DNA of 64,000 nucleotides from the NCBI GenBank assembly GCA_905178155.1, contig CAJINV010000003.1:5609985-5673984 (forward strand), written 5' to 3'. This document shows positions 26,474 through 40,396 of the stretch, one piece after another (the first letter of the stretch is position 1; each line of letters starts with the position of its first letter). The translations under genes were made by a program, and so were the position numbers. A model generated the notes under the pieces. It had not been told where the DNA came from. It was given only the letters and a program-made list of their open reading frames with translations, and did not search any database. Origin of the DNA: Amoebophrya sp. A120 (taxonomy: Eukaryota > Protista > Dinoflagellata).

Positions 26474-26500
26474 GAAATCCGCTCTTACTCTTCTCGCGAT

Positions 26501-27115
26501 CGGACGTCGCCACGTTTCCCCGGTGCCGGATGTTCCGCGCGAACCTGCAAATTTTATTTGGTAGGGAATTTCTTCGAGTAGATATTTGGGCGGAATAGAT
26601 CAAAAATAGATTGGCCGCCAAGCTACGAGCATAGCGCGGCGCCTGGAAAAAAGATTGCTCCGGCCCGCGAAAGTTGGCCCAAACACCACGGCACTCTCTT
26701 ACCTGGGCTGCCAGGTTTTGGGGCCAGGTAAGAGAGCAACGCGGTGCTTGGGATGCGAAAACGTCCAGGCCTGAGGAGGTGGCCAGAGGAAAAAGACACT
26801 CTTGAAGCACAAGCGCCATGCTGTGCTCTTACCTGGGCCTCCAGACTTTGAGGCCCGGTAAGAGCATAGCATTGCGATTGGAAGGAAAAAAGACCGCATC
26901 GCCCCAAAAAAAGTTGGCCCAAACACCACGGCACTCTCTTACCTGGCCTGGCAAATTTTTGGGCCAGGTAAGAGAGCAGCGTGGTGCTTGGGATGCGAAA
27001 ATGTCCTGGCCTGAGGAGGTGGCCAGGAGAAAGAGACACTTTTTTTAGCACAACACGGACGTCGCCACGTTTCCCCGGTGCCGGATGTTCCGTGCGAACC
27101 TGCAAATTTTTATTT
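26501..27115. repeat. Hairpin-containing tandem repeat bracketed by about 59-bp direct repeats
   Basis: CGGACGTCGCCACGTTTCCCCGGTGCCGGATG... at 26501 and 27056; 240-bp period (AAGTTGGCCCAAACACCACGG at 26671 and 26911); three CTCTTACCTGG...CC(A/C)GGTAAGAG stems. Confidence 0.85.
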
Positions 27116-27951
27116 ACACTTTCAATTCTAGGGTTAGTATGTATCTTCGGACACTACATCATAGGCGTAAAACAAAAAAAACGCACAATACTGGTCGGAT
27201 TTCAGCTTGGTCTTGCGAGTGGCGGTCATTTTTTCCTTTGGGTTCGAGCGGTTGCAAAGATTTGCAAAATATCGAAGCCCGGATCGGATTTCGGTTAGTG
27301 TTTTTACTTAAGACAAAATGCTATTCTACAATAAAAGCGTTCGTGTCGATTCGATATTTCAAAAACAAAATTCAGAAAAAAGAACCGCTGTCATCGCGTC
27401 AATGTTGCACGAAAAAGAATAAGGCAAGATTGCAAAAAGACGTGATCAAAAATTTCGCAGCGCTTTGCTATTGCAATAAGTGTGCAGATCTTGCTTTTGT
27501 TCTTCGGCTTTCTTCTTTATCATAAAGTTTGGTGAACAATGCCATAATCAATGCTAAACCAACGATGTAGCGCCAACGAGGCTGTCGGATTCTCATTAGA
27601 TCAGGATAGGTACCCATTTGCGGTGACGTGAGAAAGTGGTTCTTGAGGCATGGGTGAGTTTCGAGATGTTTTACATCTTTGTGGTTGTTCTTTGGCTTTG
27701 CAAGCGGAGAGCATAAATATCACAATGAAATATCATCAATATTTTCCGAGCGGGCATGTTGATTTTTACTACTAGCTGCAGCCAATGCATCAGTCTCCCA
27801 CCAACAACTAGAGCGGGTGCTACGTACATTAGCCGAAAAACCCTCCGTTTATTTCAACAGAGCCTGTTCCGATAATTTGTAGCTCGTGCCGTCAAAATCC
27901 AAAAAGCTCGACAGCGTGTGCAGTTCTATCCAACCAAAAAAGCGCTCGATT

Positions 27952-30900
27952 TCATGCAATTTCAATTATTTTGTTCAGCCGTACTGCAAACAAGAGGGCG
28001 CGGAAGAATGCACGAAGCAGACAAAACCTGCGCTTTTTTGGTGTGATAGAGTACTCGGTCAGGTCTGATTCCGTCAAGGCATACTGGACGTTGTCTCCTC
28101 GGTTCAGGAAAATTTTCAAGAAACCGTGAATGCGGTTCAGCGGCAGCGTCTGGTAGTTTTTGAGCATGGTTCGAATGAACTTCTGCATCATGCGGTCCAG
28201 ATCGGAATCTGGTGCTACCTTGCGGTCCTTGCCTCTTCCCGTTTTCGTGCCAGCTCCGGCCTGTCTCGCCGCGTGGTCCAGACAACTTTCTGACCCGGCC
28301 TCCTGCGATGCAGCCGCCAGGACTTTTTGGGCGACCGAGGGCGGCACCAACGGCGGGAGCAGGCATTTGAGGTTTTGTCGAGTTGCACCGTTCACACGAC
28401 CAATCTTGTTCGCAATGTTGGTACACCTTGTGGTCTCGTCCAGCGCCGCAGCAACAATCCGTGTACTCGTCTCGCCGAGCTGCCCTTCTTTCTCGGCACA
28501 ACTTCTAGAAGACGCATCTCTGGGGTCAACATTCAGCACAAATCGTTGCTCCCCTGGCCGCCCAGAGGCTGCTGCACCTGCTGCCGGTCCTGGGGAAACG
28601 AGCAGCAGGAGCTGCTGGGAAACCCAGAACTGCAGTGCGTCAAGGACGTGATTCGCGAAGTCTCTGCTCTGTACCTCGCTTTTCCCCGAAATAAACCGGT
28701 TGTCTGCATCCACCTCGCCCGCGAGCTCCGCCAAGGACCACTCTCGCCGGCGAGTGGGCGCATCCGCGGTGTCCTCCGAGAACTTCTCCACAACCGCGGC
28801 CTGCAAGGGCGTGACCTGGCGAAACACACGGGACACGCCCGCCACTTCGAGCTCGAGGTCCACGGCGCCGCAGGCCTTAAACCAGTGGAGGCGACGGGTG
28901 CTGCGGATGTGCACGTAGCGCTCCGAAAACCGGTCCAGCGCACATTGCAAGGTGGGAGGCAGGTGAAAATCGCCGACTTCCGGCTCCTCGGTGAAGGCGT
29001 CCTGGGGCCAAAAGTGGTGCGACACCAACGTCGGCTGTATCACCTCTAGCGGCAGGATGTTAAAGGTCATGTCCTTCTCCGCCATACTGGCGGCCGTCGC
29101 TCCCGCGCCGGGTCCGCTACCCAGGATGTTAATGCTTCTGATCTTTCCGCCCGGAAAAACAGCCCCCGCTGCAGGACTACCGAACGACCGCAGCATACTG
29201 GACATCGTTGGCCCCACATGTTGCTCGTCCTCCACCACAGGGACGCATAGATTTTCTGCATCTGCTCCTGAGACGAGGACGCCGGGCACCAGCGGCGTCA
29301 ACCCGGACGAATCCACTTCCATATTGGTATTGTTCCCCTGTGGATGTTGAACCAGATCGTCTCCCCGGTCCCCGAACAGCGCATCCCCGCCGACGTTGGA
29401 TAGTAGTGACATATCAGCACTTACTGCATACAATTCCTGCGTCTGCGCTGGTTCTGCAACTTGACTAGCTAACTCTGCTGCCTCACGCTTGCCCTGCACA
29501 TGGTGATACATGCGTCGCGAGTCCTGCATGTCGGCCAGCATTACCTCCGCGGACTGCAACGCCGCTTCCCCGAACCGAGTCTTCAGCAGCTCCAGGTTCT
29601 GTCGCTCCAGTGTCACTTCGTACGGTTGCCAAGAGGACCCCGAATCGGTTCTCGCTGCCGCTGCACCAACACCGAGGTCGGAAGCGAGGTGAGGAACAGA
29701 ATCTTGTTGTTCTGGTCGTCCTCGTCCCCCGACTACGCCGAAATCCTCGTCGGAGGTGGGATCATCCTCATTATTTCTGGTCTTCCTCAACTGCCTTGTC
29801 GACCGGGAAAGTTTTTGCGGCAACAGCCGGTCAGACAGCATTCTTTGGTACTCGCGCACAAAGGTTTCTTTCGTGCCGTAAATAGACACCAACAGGAAGA
29901 TGAGGTCCTGTCTGCGCTGGGTTGGGGAAGCTTTTCGCGCCGTCGCCAATTGGTCCAGTGGCTCCGGTTCCCACGAGTCAGGGTCCTGTTCTTCCTCCGA
30001 TATTCCCTGAAAATCAAACATCCCCACACATAACTATTTGCACGACAAAACAAAGCCGACTTGCAGTTGCTTCCATGTTTTGTATGACACATTGGATGGC
30101 GATGGTTAAATTTCGGGGAATATCCGAGAATTCGTAGTCATGGCCCGGGTTCCCTTCTTCCAGATCGGATTCTGCGGCCCCACCCCCTGCGACGGCGTCG
30201 CCCAGCGCCGTCTCCGACATCAGCGTGTCGGTGCGTTGCAGGCTGCCTGTTCCGTTGCCTTGAGGCACCTCTTGGTCCACTCCCGCGGGCCATCCATTTG
30301 CTTCACCGCCCGCGAACCCCGGCCGCTGCGCCGAAGCACCAGGAGGAAAGGATGACGAAAATAGGTGGTGCGCAGGACCGCCGCCGCCACCTGGCTGCGA
30401 AGTTGCAGCCTGCTGCTGCAGAAGTTCCGCCTGCAGGGAACTTCCTTCCTCGGTGAGGGCAGACACCACGCAGCGAACAGTGTCCGGACGTTGTTGCAGA
30501 TACGCCCGAATGGGTGCGGAAACGGCATCCAAAAGCAGCGCCGAGGACTTCGGTGAAGGGTCAATTTGCTTCAGCGCCTTCACGATTTTGCAGTAGGCCA
30601 TTATGATGCGTTTCGTTTCGACGCCCGCTATCAGAAGCCGCTTTGCGCAACCTTCCCGCAGGTGCGCTACCAGCTTCGGCCGGTAGCAGTCCGCATACAC
30701 ACTGCGTAAATCCAACAGTGCGGGCTCCGAATCCGGGTAAAACTTTACAACCAAGTCGAAACTCTGAGCGCAGCGCTCCGCGGCAAAGGCGTCAACGAAA
30801 AACTCTGTGATTTCCTGACTCATCTGGTGCCAATTGACCTCCACGTCGCAGGTCTGGGGCGCGAAACTAGATGGCGGCGCGGCTCCAGCAAACGGACCTA

Positions 30901-32134
30901 AACCGTGGCACAGCCTGAGCCACGGGAGGACAACCAGGTAGAACCACCTTGCACACCGATCCAGTAGACGTTCCTCAAAGTTCTCATCGCAATCATGCAC
31001 CAGACGGCGTTTCACTTGCTTTTTGACGGCGTGAAGAAGACTGGCGCGCCACAGGTCTTCTATGCCAAGTTGGCGGAAGCACACTCCCAGCTCGTGCACA
31101 AGACGGATCAAACTGCAGTCTTGCTCGTGTGGCGTCTCCAACACCTGCATATCTTCGTCTTCGTGATATGCGACGCAACTCAGTCAGCTGGTGAAATCCA
31201 TACCAAAAACAAAAGAAGATGTTACGACTACACCGGCTTGGGATTGGGCAACGAACCAAAAATACAGGTTGACCTACAGCAGATCATGCGCAATTTCTTT
31301 TCTTTTCGTACAAGAGCCGCACTACCCGGCACGAAGTTCTGTACTCGATCGAAGGTCTGCATCAAAGTGGTACCAACCACAGCGACGATGGTCTGCGTGC
31401 CTTACAGACGAAAGGTGTACGAAGTTGTAGCCTTCGACTTCCTCTCCGCCGACTTCCGCCAGCAGATGCGCGTGAAGCCCGCGAGATTCCGGTAGCAGCG
31501 CCAGTGCACGGCGACACATGGGCGCTTCAACATCGACGCCGGCGCTGACCCACCACCATTCGTGCTCGTTTTGGCGCTTGGAAAAAAAGTTGCTACCTCC
31601 GTGACCCTGCAGTAATTGTTGTCTCTCCACAACCGGTAGGTCGAAGAACTTCTCAGTGGCACCCTCGATATCGTGCGACAAGGTTTCAGCCACGCCTACG
31701 AGACCGGCAAGTACCTGACGAAATACTTGCTGCACTCGCCGTTCTATCAGTTGCGAAGCAGAGGAATCTCCAAGTGCAGCTGCAGCATGTAATCGCTGTA
31801 ACGCCCGACAACACCGCTGCGCATACGACACGATCACCTGCGTCTTTTGCAGCAGAGACGCCCTGCAGCTTGATGGAAATCCGGCGAGGTAGTCATCAGC
31901 AGCATCAATTTCTCCGGTTTCTCTCTGCGTGTACTGTACCGACGCTAGATCTGACAGCAACACTCGCTCGACGCGCCGCAGAAATTTACGCTCGATCAGC
32001 ATTGCCAGTCTTTCATCTCGAGCAGGCACAAGCTGTTGTATCGCCATCGTGGAGTCTGTGTCGCTTTCCGACAAACCGAGCGCCGCAACTTTCTGATAGG
32101 GCCCATAGGCCCGCGCGAAGGTATCACAGTCCAT
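27952..32134 (-). CDS. APC2: Anaphase-promoting complex subunit 2 (cullin-like)
   Basis: YLQQRPDTVRCVVSALT, WEPEPLD, LLVSIYGTKETFVREYQRMLSDRLL, LELLKTRFGE...EVMLADMQDSRR, C-terminal MLKNYQTLPLNRIHGFLKIF; 3' end and first intron approximate. Confidence 0.9.
30001..30122. mobile_element. Short TIR introner (TSD TCCGA)
   Basis: TATTCCCTGAAAATCAAACATC / rc TATTCCCCGAAATTTAACCATC; removal gives DYEFSE|EEQDPDSWEPEP. Confidence 0.9.
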
Positions 32135-33314
32135 GTTTTAGTCGGCTCACTCTAGTACGACACGATACAAGTAACTATCAGTCAACAAGACCAGGTTGTT
32201 CTTAGATAAGTAGAAAAAGCGATACTGCAACAGAAGCGGTCACGACGGAAAAAACAAGTGCAGATTGGTCTACAATGTGTCACCACCGTTCGGCGGATCT
32301 CGATACTCTATTGATCAGGGCGTCGCGCTTTGCTCTTTTCTTCAAGCATCATCATTTCGATTATCAACTCGATAATGTCTACTGCTTTAGATACAACTTT
32401 ATGTCACACCGACGGCGACGTGCGAGAGCGGCTTCATGTTCATCCATTATTCAACGAGAAATGAATCGACCTGACTGCAATCAGCGGTGGGTTGATCGGA
32501 CTCACAGTAGGGGCAAGACGTGATCAATCTGTTTCTGATCGCTACGCCTGCAGTGAGAGAGCACATACACTACATCACCGATCGTTCGCCTTTCACGACG
32601 AACACATGTCTGTGCCTAGTTGCGCACTCGTCAGGAGGGCGCGCCTCTTCACAACGAAGTGTGCTCGTGGAAAAAAATCACCACTTACTGTCGCTTCCCT
32701 TTCCACATGATACGCGACCGCGCGCAGACTCTCTCTCCCTGGGCACAAACATGTTTGCTACTTCGGCTTCGCCAAACTATTATACAATGATTTTGCCTAC
32801 CAACGAAAACGCCAAACACAATTATTTAAAAAAATGGTGCCAAACTATCTGCTTCAAATTGTATGCAAAGAAAAAACACATCGCTTTCGCTGAAGTATCC
32901 CTTTTCACATCATTTGTGCGAGAGCAATTGCAGCAGGAATCAGACCACCACAGCACTTTTCAGGCGAAACCAAGAATGTTCTCGCGCCGCGAGACAATGC
33001 ACCGGTATCAAGAAACGACTTGTCATGCAAAAAGGACTCCACGACAGCGATGGTCTTTTTCTTCTCCGCAACTTAGGTGCCAATTTCAACAAACGACGCA
33101 AGCCTGTGCTCTCGAGAGATTTCTACTGTGCAGTCGCAGCTAATCACTTCGTGCTGTAGAAAGGAAGATGCGAAAGTGAAACAATTAAATCGTACAAGAT
33201 TTGTGAAAAACAAGTAGCTGTAGCTCATGATTTTGATTGATGTGCACTAAAACTTCTCGAATGAATCACGTATGCCGACGGTGGTAAGTTAGTCCGCCTC
33301 GCGGAGTGGTTTCC

Positions 33315-34080
33315 TTACACGGCCTCATCGCCATCGCACGGAACGATCTTGTAGGACTGGAAGTTTTCGAAACCCGCCGGGGCACCTTCGGCGCCGGGCA
33401 GCAAGCTCTCGCACGTGTCCGGGGGCTTAGAGGTGTCACAGGCCCCGATTTCGACCGTTTTGTAGTCTTCGCAATCATTCAGCAGGTAGACAATGGCCTT
33501 CATACCTGGTGTAAAATCAAATGCGTCCTTAGTATTCATGTATGCACCATGCGTTGAAAGGGCAAAAGGATCAACCAGCGCTCTGTATCACACACACTAG
33601 CTGTCGCTCTTTCATCCTCTTCATCCGTTATGCGAACAAAATTCATTGCAACCCGGCGGCCCTCATAAACAATGGAAATAGTAAGTACTCGTCCCACACA
33701 CCTCGATCCGCGGTTCGGTCTTGGACGCTACTGTCTCCGGCGGAATGGCGATGCACGTGCTCGTATTGACTGCAAATATGTCTAGGTCTGAACGACAAGG
33801 CCGTGCATATTTTTAGATCACCACTTAGATCCAGAGCGTCTGGAACGTTTATTGTAAAACCTTTTTACAAGTTTCGCTCATGCCTCTTGCTGCCTACCCC
33901 ACATGCGAACTCGGCTATCTGCCCAGCAAGAAATAGCGATGAACCATCGGCGCTCATGCAACAAAAAATTTAAATTTTCATTTTGCATGATTTTGTGTGC
34001 ATAAGATTGCATGTTTCCAAACCTAGACATATTTACAATGCTTAGTCCGCTACCCCGCCCGCGGAGCGGCCAAAAACCTC
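33315..34080 (-). CDS. Small cysteine-containing hypothetical protein (3' exons; start not located)
   Basis: A GT-AG join gives TCIAIPPE...IEVCGTS|MKAIVYLLNDCEDYKTVEIGACD...YKIVPC. Confidence 0.45.
33764..34044. mobile_element. Degenerate family B element
   Basis: TATTGACTGCAAATATGTCTAGGT ... ACCTAGACATATTTACAATGCTTA; flanks GCTCG/GTCCG. Confidence 0.7.
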
Positions 34081-35970
34081 TTTATCGGAAAACTTCACCT
34101 GTCGAGTTGGTAAATAGCATGCAAATGCACTACACACACGAAGGAAGGATGCTTGCGTGAGACCACAATTTGCAGCATTTACCAACACAGTTTACAGACC
34201 AAAATCAACAAGTGGTACCGACGGATCGAACTTCTGCCGCAAATTCAATCCCGATGCGACACCGGCGAGGAGCGCGACTTTACGCATCATCTTTTCTAGC
34301 AAAACACTGAGCTGCGATAAGTGGGATAGGGATCTCTAATCGGACAAAGAAGTGCACATTCCTGCGATACGTCGAGATCTCAAGCACACGGCATATGGCA
34401 CAAGCACAAAAGAAAAAAAGAAAAACCAAGAATGATCTGAGAAAAGCAAATCAGTAAGCACAAACGAAAGTCAAAGAATGGGAACAACGCCTGTGGACGC
34501 CAACATGGTTGATCATATTGTTTTTTCAGGCTGCGACACGATCTTCCGGCTTCCAACGAAGCAGGAGTGGATCTTTTCACAAGCGCACCACGCTTACATC
34601 AGGATGGAACACGCCACATCAGGTCGCTGAACCGAACAACCAGGCAGGGAGTCAATAAAGGTACACGGACGTGGTCGCTTTCAGGCATTTCCCACCCAGC
34701 GACGTACTGTCTCTTGGGCTTTCAGTTGGAAACACAAACAGCATAGCTGGGTGCTAATTTACTTCCAGGGCATCGCCGTCATCTATCTCTTCCGCAAATT
34801 TCTTTTCTCGGAGCTCCTCAGCGCGTCGCCTTGCCAAGCTGGAAATTTCCATCTCGCCCCGAACGTCTTTGCTCGCCCGCTGCATGTAGGCTCGCCGGAA
34901 AAGTAAGGGCAGCTTAGTTTATTTGGTATCACATTTATTTTTGAAATTCAATTTGCTCCCCTCTGCATGTAGGTGCTACAGCGACAAGGGAATGGCGCGC
35001 TGGCGGTGCAGAGCAAAGAACTGCCTTGTTATGCACCATCAAACTGCTATCCTTGTGCAGGTGCCGTGCGATTTTGATTCTATGCAGTGCAATAACGATT
35101 TCAACCCTAAGCGTTGAATCCAAATTGAGTACTCATAGAGGCAAGACGCAATCGAAGAGGTTCCGATGAGCACAACGTGAACGTTTGCAAATTTCGGTAC
35201 CAACACAACTGCGAAAGCGAGTACTAGTTGCGCAGCAAGAGGGGCTGATCCGCCTTCCCGGCTTTCGGCTTCCGCCTGCAGATGTGCCACATGGTCCATG
35301 CTCCTTCTACTGTTGTCGTGATTTTCTTGATCAAGTGCGAGCTTATACACGAAGCGACTGCGCGGAAGATTCAGGAACCACGACAGGGAATTGAGATCAT
35401 TAGCACCTCGATCTAAACAAAAACAGCATAGTAGTTTATTTTTCGTGGACAAATATTTTCTTTACTCCCAGCACATAAAATCCACGAGCATGGCGGTTTC
35501 TACAACTACTTTCGCCCCAATATACGCTTTTTCACCCCACTTGCGACCGCGAAAATTCGATTCAAAGCAACCACTGACCATGCATCTCGACCTTTGTCGC
35601 GTTCCTACTCTTAGGCAGGCACACGACGGCCACGTCACAGAGACATGCAGCAGACAAAGCATAAGTACCCAACGACAAGCCTATTTGCTCCTGGTCGACG
35701 AGGCCGCGTCGGCGCCGATTGACTTTCCTTCTATACTACTATTTCGTCACAGGGATCTACCTGCCGAAGAGGACCAGATCACGAACACATTTCCAAAGTG
35801 CGCCAGCTCCAAACCCGCTTGGCAACACAGTATCAACATTTCGACGATGGATGGTCCTGCTCGTGTGTACTCAGCGTTCGATGCCGCAATGGCCATTATG
35901 TGACACAGTACTATTTATACATTCATGTTCGTTCGCTTTGGCGGTGGTTGCTGTGCGATATCATTTCACT

Positions 35971-38900
35971 TTACAGAAGAAATGCAGCCTCCGTAATCTC
36001 ACCCCAATTTGTGTGCTGTGCCTCCTTGATCTTGGGCAGAAAGTCCAGCGCCAGACTACTCCGCGGACCCGCGAATTTACGCAGCAAAATACGATACCGG
36101 TCCCGTCCGTATTCTACGAAAGGGGAATCCACACCCGCTAGGGCCCTCGACACTGAAGAAAAATTTTTATTTGAGGTGATAAAATGCTGCACAACAAGCA
36201 TGGTACCATTTCACTGTTTAAGCACAAACACTTTCGCTGCACTATGTCTTTCGTCCCCAGCAGGGGAATACACAACTTCCAAGCAGAACATCATCCGGTC
36301 TATACCTGCCAGGAACGCTTCTTCGTAACTGTTTTCGCACTGCTTCAGCTCCTCAGTAAAGGAGCTCTGCGCAGAAGGCGCTTCGTTCTGCTTGTAGAAA
36401 AAGAACAAGGCCTCGAGGATGCGCCGGAGCAGTACACTCACCACGTTCCAGTGCGCAAACTTCTGTCGCTCGTATGGTAGCGCGCCCAAAATCATAGCAG
36501 CTGGGGCGATCTTGTAGATATACCTGTTTTATAATTCGTCTACATTCTAGGACTGCATGTCTTTGTTTCGCAGCTTTTAAATGATCATTGAGGCGGCATC
36601 GTACCACAAAAAAATGGCGCAACGCGAACGCCATATGGAAATCTCAAGCAGGATGACAGCAAAAAACGAACGCAATACAGGTGTTCGAGAGCGAGCTCGA
36701 GCCGCACGGGATTGTGCTGCCACAAATCGAGCGCAACGTGGATGAAGCGCAGCGGTAGCGCAAATTTGGCAAACACATCCCGGTGGATCTCCATCAGTTT
36801 TGTGGCGTGCGTGGGCGTTTTGCTCCCCTTGGCCAGGAAACAGTAGCACAGCATGTCGAAGAGCTCTTCCTTGGTCCACCGCTCCGCGCTCGCCTGCTGA
36901 CTCGAATCGATCGCGAATCCCCGCTGCACGAAAGCCCGGTACTTTCCCCCACTCTCGTCCGGTCGCGCGCTCTTGCGCGTGCCGATCAACTTCAAAAAGG
37001 TCTTCTCCAGTAATTCCGGATTCGCAGCCTTGATCTGGATCAGCTCGTGCAATTTCTGGTACTCCCCGCACGGCGGGCACGCGTCTGGCCGCTTCGCCCA
37101 GTCTGCTACCGTAAAGGGATTCACCACGTCCACGTCGTGGGGCAAGTAATTAAGCAGCACCTGTTGATCGAAAATATTCGTATCATGCGAAGAATGAATG
37201 AATGATTTACCCAACTGACGGGGTTTGTTTTAAGAGGGCTGACTACTGTTCATCATAATCATACATTGGGATAAGCATCTTGCTTGTACCTCTTAGGTAG
37301 GAAGTAGAAGCTGTAGAAACGTCGCCGAGATATAGGTGCTTACTTGCATCCGACTGCACGAGTCGCGCAGCTGCTGGCAGCATACCGCATAAGTAGCGCC
37401 GTTTGATGCAGAAAGCGGGTCCTAAAAACAGAAGAAGTGATACAAAAGACACAAGCCCGCGGCCGCGTCATAGACATAGTCAGCATGTAGCATAAGATTT
37501 TCACTCTTCAGAGTGCAAGCGCGGGGCCTGCGCTCCGACTGAGCGATAAGAAGAAGTGCTCATCAGGATGATCTTTTCGGCTTCGCTTTCATACTTCGCT
37601 GCTGACCACCAGGCACAAGCATCTTAATATACTCGTCACCAGGCTGACTGACAACACTTTCGATCTGTAAAGTAAAATACCCTTCGTCGATCGGCGTCGA
37701 GAATAGCAGCCACCTCCTTTTTGAAGCTCATGCGCACCACCTGCTGCAGTACGTTTGTGGCAAAGATTTCCGCCTGACTCGGTTTTTCCGGCGTGCCCCG
37801 GCCACAGAGATCGAGCGCCTTCAACAGGATGCGCGACCTTGTCTCGAGCTCGCCCTGCGAGCAGTGGAATCCGAGCAGCTCCACGAGGCGGTCGCGTATT
37901 TCCAAATCGGCGTCCCTCAGCAGCAGTAACCGCACCACCATGTCCTGGAAAACCTCCTCGCAGGGCGCCTGCAGCTCAAACAGAATTTCGAGCATCTTGT
38001 AGTACAGAATGGTTGCGTTCAGCGGTGGGAAAGGCAGGGAGCACAGCGCCGTCTTCAGGATGGTGAACACCAGGACCATGTCTTCCTGCACGGACCCGCC
38101 GAGCAGGGACATGCGCAGCAGGTTCTGCACGCACAGCACCAAATCCTCCTCAAAGTTCTGGATATGCAAGAAAAAAACTGTGTAAGTGTAACTCTGTGAT
38201 GCAGAAAATGCAAAACAGTTACACTTGTCATGCTGGAAGTGCGTCATAGGCTACTATCATGCGCGTCTCCACGTACTAGCTGCGCATGACAAGTTTTCCC
38301 TGTAATGCAAAGCGAATTTGTGATGCTGGTCTTCCTACAGAGTTACACCTACACAGTTTTTTTCCTGGATACTGGATGACCGGCAAGTAGTACACCTCCT
38401 CGGCGAAAAACTGCGCCACCTCGGACGCGGCTTTTTGGAATTCGGTCGTGCGCCCGAACTCGCTGTGGCCCGCGTCCCCCTCGATCTCGTGGAACATCAG
38501 ACGCTCCTTGTCAAACACCGCCTGCATGGGCAGCCACAGGGGCACCTGGAAGTGCCGCATGCGCTCCAGCATGCCGCCCTTGCCGCTCGCCTTCTTCATC
38601 GCCGTGATAATGGGCAGCGGGCCCCAGGGCACTGCCTTCTTGAATTTGTCGTACTCGATCAGAGGCCGCCGCAACGGATCGGGGGAGGCAGCCAGGTGCT
38701 GTTTCTCGACCAGTGTCGTGTACAGAAACTCCAGCTTCGACTGCAGTTCGAGGACTCTATCACCTTGCACGATACTAGTTGTACTCCCGTGTTGGGCAGT
38801 GGAACTGCTGCTGCCGCCCTGCTGCTGCAGCGGCGACAGCAGACAGTCCAGCTTCTTGACCCGCGGGATTTTGTCCTTCACCTTCTCCAGGATCGCCTGG

Positions 38901-39538
38901 ATGTCGGCCTCGTTCTTCTCCTGCAGCGCCTTCGTCAGGTGCGCAATCGACAACAAGCACGCGTACACGGGGAACTGGACTCCGTGGTAATTCGAAGAAG
39001 TAGAAGAGCGACTGCTCGCATCACCTGCCGAAGATCCTCGTCCAGCAGCGGCAGCAGGACCGCTTTCCCCGCCGACATGTTGAAGTAGATCCTGGTTATT
39101 TGAGGATGTTTTCAGCAGTTCGGCCTCCTCCTCAAATGCGAGGTCGAGAATGCGGTTCAGCGTTTTGAAGTACTCCTCGTCCTGCAGCACCTTGCAGGAC
39201 ACCAGTTCCGCGAAAAACTTGAGCAACACGGTGACGTCGGCGAAATTGCCCGTGTAGAGCGCGACCTGCAGCCCAAAAAAGCACTTGTCGAACCAGTCCT
39301 TGACAAAGAGTTGCTGCTTTCCCTGGTTGTGGATCAGGCCCAACAGCGTGGCATACACGTGGCTTTTGTGGCTCAGCTTCCGCACACAGTCGTACATCAC
39401 CTCGAGCAGTTCGCGGGACACCTGCTCGAGTGAGTCCTCGATCCGCCCATAAAACTCCTTCAGCCGCGAGGCATCGAACTTGGCCTCGTCGCCGAGGCCG
39501 ATCACCTGCTCTCGCAACTTCTGCCGTGCCTGGTCCAT
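35971..39538 (-). CDS. NCBP1: Nuclear cap-binding protein subunit 1 (CBP80, MIF4G-like repeats), multi-exon
   Basis: CVRKLSHKSHVYATLLGLIH, RDRLVELLGFHCSQ, VLQQVVRMSF, CFLAKGSKTPTH and LWQHNPVRLELALEHL parallel conserved CBP80 blocks in the expected order. Confidence 0.72.
38163..38371. mobile_element. TIR introner (TSD CTGGA)
   Basis: TATGCAAGAAAAAAACTGTGTAAGTGTAACTCTGT / rc TATCCAGGAAAAAAACTGTGTAGGTGTAACTCTGT; removal gives YYLPVIQ|NFEEDL. Confidence 0.93.
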
Positions 39539-40396
39539 CCTTCCGCAGGGTAAGGTGGGATAAATGCTTCTGTGGTATATCTATGGAACAAACGGAAGAT
39601 CCTCTACTTACATGTCCTGAAAACTAACGTAGGGTCATAACGTGCGGAAGAGGAGGTGAGACGGAAACCAGAATGGTAAAAGGGGTAAGAAAGATATGTC
39701 TAGTAAAACGCTACTTCATCGTGTGGGGTGTGCTGAAGACGGGGCGATGTTGCTTAATATTGGAAGAGAGCGCCGTCGCTCGCCTTGTCTTTAGTCACTT
39801 GTGCCAATCATAGTACAGAATTGATTCGCTGGAAAATCGCTGAAAAAGAAAAACATTGTAAAATTTAAAAATTGATGTAAAAAGTGGTTGAGAAGCAGTT
39901 CACGTCGACAATCGAAGTCGCGTCGTTCTGATCACACTTTTGCGTTTGACGATCTGGAGCTTGACGATTGTGTGACGGTCGTTAGGAAAAGCACAACAAA
40001 AAGATACTTTCGATGCTGATCGATAGAAGCGACAACGGCATAATTTCGATCAGGGGATACAAGTGTGCAGCCGATCATGCGCGAGCATCTGCCGTAAAAT
40101 TGCTTCTGAATCTGATCTGTGTCAACTACAAAATCCTAGGTCAATAATGATCCGGAGAAATTACGGTAGCGGTATTTGCCTGCACGCCTTGCGATCATCA
40201 TCATATTGATTCATTGACACAGGTGGTGTTTTGCGATCACAGCATCCGGTGCAAATCAAGAACATACTGCTTTCGGATCAGAGTACGTGAGCATGCCGCC
40301 CCTGCAGCAAAGGAGCACTATGCGCTTGGTTATCGATCTTGGTCATGCCGCTCGCGATGATGACGTCTAAAAAAGCAAGTAGTCCGGCTTAGCGCC

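Noticed and set aside
26671-27050. Possible CRISPR array
   Set aside because: Eukaryotic context, whole units are duplicated rather than having unique spacers, and no cas genes.
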